NCBI GenBank assembly: GCA_963844715.1
Contig: CAWJPJ010000006.1
Location: forward strand, 928,001 to 992,000
Source of the DNA: an uncultured Phycisphaerales bacterium
GTDB lineage: Bacteria > Planctomycetota > Phycisphaerae > Tepidisphaerales > Tepidisphaeraceae
Length of the DNA: 64,000 nucleotides
Direction: 5' to 3'
The notes beneath the pieces were generated by a model. That model searched no databases. It saw only the letters and a list, made by a program, of their open reading frames with translations, and was not told where the DNA came from. Shown here one piece after another: positions 22,736 through 29,234 of the stretch. A program made the translations under genes and the position numbers. Numbering within the stretch: the stretch's first letter is position 1; each line of letters starts with the position of its first letter.

Positions 22736-23210
22736 ATGCAAAAGATCACCCCATTTCTGTGGTTTAACGGCCAAGCCGAAGAAGCGGCGAATTTTTATAC
22801 TTCGATTTTTAAGAATTCCAAGATTGTGAAAGTGGTGCGCGTACGGGGAGGCCGGGCCGGGGAGGAAGGGGGAGGTGATGCTGGTCGAGTTTGAGCTTGA
22901 GGGGCAGGACTTCAAAGCGCTTAACGGCGGGCCGCAATTAAATTTCACGCCCGCGATTTCATTGATGGTCGACTGTGTCGACCAGAAGGAGGTGGACGAT
23001 CTTTGGGAGAAACTCACCGCTGGCGGAAAGGAAATAGAGTGCGGGTGGTTGACGGATAAATACGGCCTGTCCTGGCAAATCGTACCGAGGGCCTTGATGC
23101 AAATGATCCAGGACAAAGACGAAAAAAAATCCCAGAGCGCCATGAAGGCGATGATGAAGATGGTAAAGATCGATGTGAAGAAAATAAAAGAGGCGTACGA
23201 CAACGCCTGA
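22736..23210 (+). CDS. VOC/PhnB-like (3-demethylubiquinone-9 3-methyltransferase family) protein; frameshift near 22841
   Basis: [37 protein letters not shown] and [16 protein letters not shown]. Confidence 0.88.
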
Positions 23211-23215
23211 CGAGC

Positions 23216-23728
23216 CTACGGCTCGATCCGCACCGGCTGATTGAATTTCTTGCCTAAAGCATTCAGATAATCGTCGATAGTTTTGGTGTGGCCGATGATG
23301 AATTGGCTGACGAAGCGGAAGATAGGGTTGGTCACGTCCCCCTCTTCCGTAATTCGGCACGTGCAGCCGGCGCTCGTCGGAGCGAGTTCCCACGTCCAGG
23401 TCCCGGAAAACGGTAGATTCTTGTCGGCGATTTGCGAGCGATAAAGCCGCGGCGGGTCCGAGGCGACTTCCTCAAACGTGATGGCTCGATGCCCGGATTG
23501 CTCGCGCCACATGCGATGGCCGTTTTGCGGCGCAAGCTCGGTGGACGCTACGCCGCGCCAATCCTGCGGACCCGTGATGGCGGCGAAGATAACCTCCGGC
23601 GGCTGACTGAAGCTCGCCATGCGCGTCGCCCGATGGGATTTAGGAAGCATCAGGCCGATCAGGGCGACGACCGCGATTAACGCGACCAGGCCGGCGCCGA
23701 CAAACAGGATCCATTTCATGGATTTCAT
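23216..23728 (-). CDS. SRPBCC/polyketide-cyclase-like protein with N-terminal TM
   Basis: LPKSH...FSGTWTWEL...ITEEGDVTNPIFRF. Confidence 0.75.
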   Translation of the reverse strand: MKSMKWILFVGAGLVALIAVVALIGLMLPKSHRATRMASFSQPPEVIFAAITGPQDWRGVASTELAPQNGHRMWREQSGHRAITFEEVASDPPRLYRSQIADKNLPFSGTWTWELAPTSAGCTCRITEEGDVTNPIFRFVSQFIIGHTKTIDDYLNALGKKFNQPVRIEP

Positions 23729-24198
23729 CCTTGTTTTCGAGCGTCGTGGGATTTTCCGGACGCCATCATTTCGCCCGCCGCCCGCGCGAGGATGCGCAGG
23801 CCGGTCATCGCAACCTCGCGGTCTTGCTCAGGCATGCGCCGCAGCATCAATTCCACCCGGCGAGGGTCCAGAACCTTTTGCCGTCGCTTGATGCGAAGCC
23901 CGGATCGAGTCAGGCGAAGATTGACCCGCCGCGCATCGAGCGAATCGCGGCTCCGACGCACGTAGCCATGGCGCTCCAGGCGATCGACCATCAGCGACAT
24001 GCTGGAAGGCGTGATCCCCATGTGCCCGGCCAGCTCGTGCAAATGCGTCGGCTCGATCGGATCGAGGTGATCCAACACGGAGGCCTGGTGCGAACTGATG
24101 AGCCGTTTGGAGGACTGGTCGCGCACATGGCGCACATGGCAGGCAAAGAAAATCCGTGGGTAGCAGTCGAGCACCGTCTGAACCGCCGCGCGAATCAT
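23725..24198 (-). CDS. MarR-family regulator
   Basis: ELAGHMGITPSSMSLMVDRLERHGYVRR..DARRVNLRLT. Confidence 0.88.
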   Translation of the reverse strand: MIRAAVQTVLDCYPRIFFACHVRHVRDQSSKRLISSHQASVLDHLDPIEPTHLHELAGHMGITPSSMSLMVDRLERHGYVRRSRDSLDARRVNLRLTRSGLRIKRRQKVLDPRRVELMLRRMPEQDREVAMTGLRILARAAGEMMASGKSHDARKQG

Positions 24199-24625
24199 GG
24201 GAAATAACCTATTTCAATTACTTTGATTTGTCAAATCAAATTAATATGGGCGTCGCATGGGAAGAGAATGGGGCATCTTTACACGGGTCCGGTCACAGGC
24301 GGTTCCGCCTGGGGGGGCCTGGCATCAGAAATGAACTTCGCAAGGCACCGAACGTTTTCAAAAACCAGCGTCTGGGGCGCGAAATGCAAAAATGCGATTT
24401 TTGGCTTGATTTTTTCATTTTTTGTGAAACAATTCATCCTCGTTCGACGTTATGTCGATGGAGAAACCTATGCGGCAGCGATATCAAATTAATATGTTCG
24501 GTACACCAGCCAAACGAGTCGGATCATCCGAACTCGATTGGGCGATACTATAACTCCCCCGCCGCGTCGGCCGGGAGTTCTTCCCGGCTGAAAGTAATCG
24601 TTACATTCAATTCCGGGAAGAATTT

Positions 24626-24698
24626 GGGCCTGTAGCTCAGCGGCCAGAGTGCTTGCTCGACACGCAAGAGGTCCGTGGTTCGATTCCACGCCGGCCCA
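24626..24698 (+). tRNA. tRNA-Val(GAC)
   Basis: Anticodon arm CTTGC-TC GAC AC-GCAAG; T-loop TTCGATT. Confidence 0.88.
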
Positions 24699-24721
24699 CT
24701 CTCGGTTCGCGCCGCATTCGG

Positions 24722-24959
24722 GCGCCTAGAGCGGCTTGCGGCTCCGCGTAGCGAGCCAGTTGGCCTCGGCTGCAACGGAGGCAAGGATGAACGACGAGGC
24801 GTATCAGAAAATCAGATACGTTGAGGAGCGAAGACGCGGCATCCGTTGCAGCCGTGGACAAATGGCCGCTAGGCGGAGCCGCAATCCGCTCTAAGCTCAA
24901 TCGGCGAGAGCGCCGCGCTTACATCGCGGAGGATGTTGGTTCGAGTCCAGCTTGGCGCA
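24722..24959 (+). tRNA. tRNA-Val(TAC) interrupted by a hairpin insert (24727-24893)
   Basis: 5' GCGCC at 24722 pairs with 3' GGCGC-A at 24954-24959; D arm, CCGCG-CT TAC AT-CGCGG and T arm follow the insert. Confidence 0.78.
24727..24893. mobile_element. MITE-like long hairpin inserted in tRNA-Val(TAC)
   Basis: Ends TAGAGCGG...CCGCTCTA; about 55-bp imperfect stem; TA at both ends. Confidence 0.7.
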
Positions 24960-25050
24960 TGGAGATGAAAAATGACGGGAATGCCCGGAAAATCAAGGTG
25001 TTTTCGCGTTGTTGACTGAACGGAAACGCCGCGAGAATCAAGGTTTTTTT

Positions 25051-25122
25051 GCGCTGTTAGCTCAGAGGCAGAGCACCCGGCCGATAACCGGGAGGCCGGA
25101 GAGTCGAGAACTCCACGGCGCA
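25051..25122 (+). tRNA. tRNA-Ile(GAT), atypical T arm
   Basis: CCCGG-CC GAT AA-CCGGG; acceptor GCGCTGT/ACGGCGC; T-loop GTCGAGA is non-canonical. Confidence 0.72.
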
Positions 25123-25187
25123 CTGAATTGGCGACGCGTCGTTAGCAGGCAAATGGATTCTCGCTGAACCCCGCGCGCTCTTCTCTT

Positions 25188-25228
25188 CCCCCCTCTCCCG
25201 GTACTCCGGGGGAGGGCTGGGGTGGGGG
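25188..25228. repeat. REP-like element
   Basis: CCCCTCTCCCGGTACTCCGGGGGAGGGCTGGGGTGGGGG, resembling the common CCCTCTCCC/GGGAGAGGG REP class. Confidence 0.65.
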
Positions 25229-25275
25229 CCGGCGCAATTCAGGCAAGATCCGCGGTAATCGGCAGTTCGCCTCGG

Positions 25276-25350
25276 GCACTGGTAGCTCAACTGGATCAGA
25301 GTTCCGGTCTACGAAACCGGAGGTTGAAGGTTCGACCCCTTCCCAGTGCG
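25276..25350 (+). tRNA. tRNA-Arg(ACG)
   Basis: CCGGT-CT ACG AA-ACCGG; acceptor GCACTGG/CCAGTGC. Confidence 0.9.
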
Positions 25351-25407
25351 TTATGAACGAAAAATGGTTGTATATATATCTATTGCAATACAACCAGAAG
25401 TGTCCGC

Positions 25408-25479
25408 GCACTCGTAGCTTAAGGGTTAAGCCGCCGGTTCTTACCCGGCCTGATGCAGGTTCGAATCCTGCCGGGTGCA
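25408..25479 (+). tRNA. tRNA-Lys(CTT)
   Basis: GCCGG-TT CTT AC-CCGGC; T-loop TTCGAAT. Confidence 0.85.
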
Positions 25480-25534
25480 TGAAAGGAGAATCGAAAAATG
25501 AGCCCGAGCAGAACCAAACGGTGCAGGTAAATCC

Positions 25535-25609
25535 GCACCGGTAGCTCAATGGAAACAGAGCAACCCTCTTCTAAAGGGTCGGCTGAGGGTTCGAGTCCCT
25601 CCCGGTGCA
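25535..25609 (+). tRNA. tRNA-Arg(TCT)
   Basis: ACCCT-CT TCT AA-AGGGT. Confidence 0.9.
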
Positions 25610-25623
25610 TGTAGATTCCGCGC

Positions 25624-25695
25624 GCACCGGTAGCTCAACGGCAGAGCCGCCGCCTTTTAAGCGGAGTGATGCGGGTTCGAGTCCTGCTCGGTGCA
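25624..25695 (+). tRNA. tRNA-Lys(TTT)
   Basis: CCGC-CT TTT AA-GCGG. Confidence 0.88.
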
Positions 25696-25707
25696 TGAAT
25701 ACACCAC

Positions 25708-25781
25708 GGTTCAGTAGCCCAATCGGCAGAGGCGCCTGACTCAGAATCAGGATAGTGCAGGTTCGAATCCTGCCTGAACTA
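25708..25781 (+). tRNA. tRNA-Leu(CAG), short variable loop
   Basis: CCTGA-CT CAG AA-TCAGG; 5-nt variable loop ATAGT; A73. Confidence 0.85.
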
Positions 25782-25792
25782 TTTCGGCGAAC

Positions 25793-25868
25793 GTTGCGGT
25801 AGCTCAATCGGATTCAGAGCGCGGCCCTCCGAAGGCCGAGGGTGAAGGTTCGATTCCTTCCCGCGACA
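25793..25868 (+). tRNA. tRNA-Arg(CCG)
   Basis: CGGCC-CT CCG AA-GGCCG. Confidence 0.9.
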
Positions 25869-25878
25869 TCGAAAATTC

Positions 25879-25950
25879 GGGCCCGTCGTCTAACGGAAAG
25901 ACTCCTGGCCTGCACCCAGGAAATGAGGGTTCAATTCCCTCCGGCGTCCA
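25879..25950 (+). tRNA. tRNA-Ala(TGC)
   Basis: CCTGG-CC TGC AC-CCAGG; G3-U70 retained; one extra base in the 3' acceptor strand. Confidence 0.82.
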
Positions 25951-26036
25951 TGCGAGCGGCTTCGTCCGCTCCAGAAAGAAGGTGATCGATCATGAGCGAA
26001 AACTCATCGGAAAGTTCATCTAGCGGCTCCACATCC

Positions 26037-26124
26037 GGAGGGTTGGCTGAACGGCTAAGGCACCCGTCTCGAAAACGGGCATTCCCGATGACTGGGATTG
26101 GGGGTTCGAATCCCTCACCCTCCG
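26037..26124 (+). tRNA. tRNA-Ser(CGA)
   Basis: CCCGT-CT CGA AA-ACGGG; long variable arm. Confidence 0.9.
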
Positions 26125-26149
26125 CTGAAGTAAACGAGAACGTGCGCAT

Positions 26150-26239
26150 GGAGGGTTGGCAGAGCGGACGATTGCGCCGCGGTGCTAACGCGGAAGGCGC
26201 CGACTAGGCGTCTCGAAGGTTCGAATCCTTCACCCTCCT
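26150..26239 (+). tRNA. tRNA-Ser(GCT)
   Basis: CCGCG-GT GCT AA-CGCGG; long variable arm. Confidence 0.88.
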
Positions 26240-26282
26240 TTGGAATGTGCGAGAGGGAACGGAGCTGGTCCGTTCCCGGAAT

Positions 26283-26294
26283 GTTCTTTGACAA
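26283..26294 (+). promoter_or_regulatory. boxA-like antitermination sequence inside the tRNA array
   Basis: GTTCTTTGACAA resembles rrn boxA (GCTCTTTAACAA); preceded by hairpin GGGAACGGA...TCCGTTCCC. Confidence 0.5.
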
Positions 26295-26310
26295 TCCGGT
26301 GGCGTAATTC

Positions 26311-26384
26311 GCCGTCATAGCTCAGTCGGGATGAGCGTCCGGTCGTCAACCGGAAGGTCATGGGTTCGATTCCCATTGGCGGCG
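26311..26384 (+). tRNA. tRNA-Asp(GTC)
   Basis: TCCGG-TC GTC AA-CCGGA; G73. Confidence 0.87.
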
Positions 26385-26412
26385 TTGGGCGCGAATTCCG
26401 CGCGCCTTCGAA

Positions 26413-26484
26413 GTGGATTTAGCTCAATCGGTAGAGCAGAGGTCTGAAAATCCTCCCGCCCTGGTTCAATTCCAGGAATCCACA
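26413..26484 (+). tRNA. tRNA-Phe(GAA)
   Basis: GAGGT-CT GAA AA-TCCTC; acceptor GTGGATT/AATCCAC. Confidence 0.87.
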
Positions 26485-26506
26485 TGTCGGCCAAAGGCCG
26501 CGAATC

Positions 26507-26578
26507 GCGTCGGTAGTTCAGCGGGTGGAACACCGCTATGCCAAGGCGGAGGCCCGGGTTCGATCCCCGGCCGGCGCA
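26507..26578 (+). tRNA. tRNA-Gly(GCC)
   Basis: CCGCT-AT GCC AA-GGCGG. Confidence 0.87.
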
Positions 26579-26583
26579 TTCTC

Positions 26584-26655
26584 GCAGTGGTAACTCAATC
26601 GGCAGAGTACCGGTCTTCCAAACCGGCAACGTGGGTTCGAATCCCGCTCACTGCA
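26584..26655 (+). tRNA. tRNA-Gly(TCC)
   Basis: CCGGT-CT TCC AA-ACCGG. Confidence 0.88.
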
Positions 26656-26691
26656 CTAAAGGGACTTTCGACGGTTGAGGATCTTTTTCAA

Positions 26692-26764
26692 GCCGTGGTA
26701 GCTCAACGGGTAGAGCAGTCGTCTCGTAAACGACAGATTGCCGGTTCGATCCCGGCCCGCGGCT
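26692..26764 (+). tRNA. tRNA-Thr(CGT)
   Basis: GTCGT-CT CGT AA-ACGAC. Confidence 0.9.
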
Positions 26765-26777
26765 TTTCAAAAAAATC

Positions 26778-26851
26778 GGGTGCGTAGCTCAGCGGCAAGA
26801 GCAGGGGCCTCATAAGCCTCAGGTCGTTGGTTCAAATCCAACCGTTACCCA
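26778..26851 (+). tRNA. tRNA with CAT anticodon (elongator Met or Ile2; not initiator-like)
   Basis: GGGGC-CT CAT AA-GCCTC; G1-C72 paired; one extra T in the 3' acceptor strand. Confidence 0.8.
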
Positions 26852-26852
26852 G

Positions 26853-27203
26853 TCAGGGATAGTTCAAACCGGTAGAACGCTCGGCTCTGAACCGGGATGT
26901 TGGAGGTTTCGGAGCAGCTTCATCTGTTTTGTAGCGTCTGCGTTGCGTCCAGATGGGCCGGGCGCTAGGCAGAGCGACGAGTTGGGTCAGGCACAGCGAC
27001 CCGGCGAGGAGCGATAACGACGCGAACGGCCCATCTGGACGCAACCCTCCGGGTCGCCGCCTTTTGCGGCCCATGCGTCGTTACTCCTCCTCGCCGTATC
27101 GTTTCACCTGATACGACTCGTCGTCGCGCCTAGCCTGTGCCGCAAAAGGCGGCGACGCAGACGCTACAAAACAGATGAAACTGCTCTGATCCTTCTCCCT
27201 GAA
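26853..27203 (+). tRNA. tRNA-Gln(CTG) interrupted in the T-loop by a 277-nt insert
   Basis: TCAGGGA...CTCGG-CT CTG AA-CCGGG...GGAGG TTTC [insert 26911-27187] GAT CCTTC TCCCTGA A. Confidence 0.82.
26911..27187. mobile_element. Branched MITE-like hairpin insert in tRNA-Gln(CTG)
   Basis: Ends GGAGCAG...CTGCTCT; perfect 25-bp outer stem (26919-26943 with 27155-27179); two internal stems of 19 and 18 bp. Confidence 0.72.
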
Positions 27204-27204
27204 T

Positions 27205-27277
27205 TGAGCCGTAGTTTAATCGGTAGCAATGCCGGTCTTTGAATCCGGAGATCGTGGTTCAAATCCACGCGGCTCAA
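27205..27277 (+). tRNA. tRNA-Gln(TTG)
   Basis: CCGGT-CT TTG AA-TCCGG; acceptor TGAGCCG/CGGCTCA. Confidence 0.85.
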
Positions 27278-27283
27278 CTTCTT

Positions 27284-27356
27284 ACCCATGTAGCTCAACC
27301 GGTAGAGCAGGCGGCTGTTAACCGCCGTGGTGGTGGTTCGAATCCATCCGTGGGTG
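27284..27356 (+). tRNA. tRNA-Asn(GTT)
   Basis: GGCGG-CT GTT AA-CCGCC; G73. Confidence 0.88.
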
Positions 27357-27448
27357 TGGGCGGCGCTTCGCGCCACCAGAGCGTAGAAAGTAGAGGCCGA
27401 GAATTTTCTACTTTCCACTTTCCACGAACCACTTTCTCGCGCAGCGCC

Positions 27449-27520
27449 GCTCCTGTCGTCCAACGGTCAGGATACCGGGCCTTCAACCGGAGAATGTGGG
27501 TTCAATTCCCACCGGGAGTG
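27449..27520 (+). tRNA. tRNA-Glu(TTC)
   Basis: CCGGG-CC TTC AA-CCGG (one C short, possibly a homopolymer error); acceptor GCTCCTG/CGGGAGT. Confidence 0.75.
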
Positions 27521-27536
27521 CATGGAGAAATGATTT

Positions 27537-27610
27537 CAGCGTGTGGCGTAGCTTGGTAACGCACGTGCCTCGGGCGCACGGGATCGAAGGTTCGAATCCT
27601 TCCACGCTGA
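27537..27610 (+). tRNA. tRNA-Pro(CGG)
   Basis: CGTGC-CT CGG GC-GCACG; C1-G72, A73. Confidence 0.9.
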
Positions 27611-27615
27611 CTTTC

Positions 27616-27701
27616 GCGTAGGTCGCATAATTGGCATTGCAGCGGGCCGTAACCCCGCCGACCCTTAGTGGTCCCTGGGGGTTCAAATCCCTCCCTACGC
27701 A
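27616..27701 (+). tRNA. tRNA-Tyr(GTA)
   Basis: GCGGG-CC GTA AC-CCCGC; long variable arm. Confidence 0.85.
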
Positions 27702-27827
27702 TTGCCGCAAAGCGGCAATAGAGCGGTGGCGCAGTCGAACAGCCAACGAATGACTCGAGGAAATCGTCCCCGTCAGACGATCCCACCGCGGTCTACTGCT
27801 CCCCTGCTCTACTGTTCAGAATTTTCC

Positions 27828-27900
27828 GCGCCGGAAGTTCCAACGGCGGAACGCCCGCCTCCAAATCGGGAAGCGGCAGGTTCGATCCCTGCTCGGCGCG
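27828..27900 (+). tRNA. tRNA-Trp(CCA)
   Basis: CCCGC-CT CCA AA-TCGGG; G73; A at position 8. Confidence 0.82.
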
Positions 27901-27911
27901 CTGGCAGTTTC

Positions 27912-27983
27912 GAGGATGTGGCCGATTGGACAGGCGCGGGTCTGCAAAGCCCGTCGATGCTGGTTCGAATCCAGTCATCCTCT
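27912..27983 (+). tRNA. tRNA-Cys(GCA)
   Basis: CGGGT-CT GCA AA-GCCCG; U73. Confidence 0.88.
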
Positions 27984-27989
27984 TTTGAT

Positions 27990-28064
27990 GGTGGCCGTAG
28001 CTCAAACGGTCAGAGCACCGGGCTGTGAACCCGGTCGGTGTGAGTTCGAGTCTCACCGGTCACC
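27990..28064 (+). tRNA. tRNA-His(GTG)
   Basis: G-1/C73; CCGGG-CT GTG AA-CCCGG. Confidence 0.9.
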
Positions 28065-28096
28065 CTGTATTGCTGTTGATGGCTGGAAATTTGAGA

Positions 28097-29064
28097 TCAA
28101 CTGCTCAGGTGACCATTTTGAAGCAGTTCGTCCAACACCCTTTCCAGCAACCTTATCTGTGCACGATCCACCGGCGCGGGTTGATCTTGATTGAACGGCT
28201 GGCTTTGTTCCGCCAGGAAACAAAAGCACTTCTCCGCGGTGTAGAAATCTAGGGCCTTCCGTTCAAGTTCGTTCAACCGCATGCCCGCGCACCAATAATC
28301 GATGTAGTCGGTCGGCAGCCCCTTAGCCATGAGCGCCATCCGCGTTAGTCCCAAGTGCGCGATGCGATCTCCGAAGCAGACCTCATCCACATCCACGATG
28401 CCGGAAAGTTCGCCGTGCTGGATCAGCACATTCTTGGTCGTGATGTCGTCCAGGAAAGACTGGGGGCGAGTCGCCTCAAAGTATTTTGAAAGCCGGCTCG
28501 CCGCATCCCGTAGAGGTTGGCGCGTTGCCCATCCACCACTCCGGCCTCTTCGATCCACCGTTCGCTGCGCTGAATAGACGCCTCCACGGCTTCGCCCCAA
28601 CTCTCATAAGGTGGCGCATGTCCCGGGTCGCTTTGGAATCCAAACCCCTTCCCTTCCGGCAGGCGTCCCAAGATCTCCTGCACCGCCGCCAGTCGGTAAG
28701 CCAGTTGCGCTTTCTCCTGCGCGGTCAATCGGGAATAAACCGCGCCCAAATCCTGCCCGGGTAAGCGCTCCAAAATCATGTATGGAAAGACCGTGCAATT
28801 CGGCGCGGCCTCCGCGTAAAGCAACTCGGGCAGCGGAATTCCCAGCGGTCGAAGAACGTTCGACCAGTGAATTCCGCCACGCAAATAGTGCCGATTCTCC
28901 GGCCGGGCAAGCCGCAACACCACCGCTCGCCCGTCGGCAAGAACCGCATCGTAAACATAGTGACATAAGCCGGTCGGAAATCGCTCAGCGGAAACCAACT
29001 CCGCTCCCAATGCCTCGTGCACGATAGCACGTAAGTCATCCGATGTTGGGCTTACCACCGCCAT
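28097..29064 (-). CDS. Aminoglycoside phosphotransferase-like (APH/kinase fold) protein; frameshift near 28520
   Basis: GLCHYVY...VVLRL, YMILERLPGQDL in the first frame; LDDITTKNVL...GIVDVD in the second frame. Confidence 0.75.
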
Positions 29065-29234
29065 GACGCCAACATTTGCCCTATTCGCCTTCGAAATCAA
29101 CCTACTTGTCGAGCAACTTATAAATAGCATCAAAATTCCGCCCGGCCACGCTATACCCCCCGCCGAGCGGATCGCATCCGCCTGATCCGATAATTATTCG
29201 CCTTTTCGCGTCGCGGCGGCCGATAAGTCGGCTG

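Noticed and set aside
26911..27187. Group I or group II intron interpretation of the tRNA inserts
   Set aside because: No recognisable P7 core, U/G splice junctions or GUGYG/domain V; the inserts are fold-back elements
27723..27790. tRNA-like fold GCGGTGG...ATCGTC/GACGAT...CCACCGC
   Set aside because: No anticodon arm or TTC loop; better explained as part of the 8-mer repeat palindrome
24626..28064. ORFs of 60-135 aa listed across the tRNA array
   Set aside because: They are translations of tRNA genes and spacers with no protein motifs
24626..28064. Possible stop-suppressor or Sec/Pyl tRNAs (TTA near 25441, CTA near 25571, TCA near 25741)
   Set aside because: Centring the 7-nt loops on their stems gives CTT, TCT and CAG
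28097..29064. Calling the APH-like gene an antibiotic resistance gene
   Set aside because: Fold-level similarity only; substrate unknown
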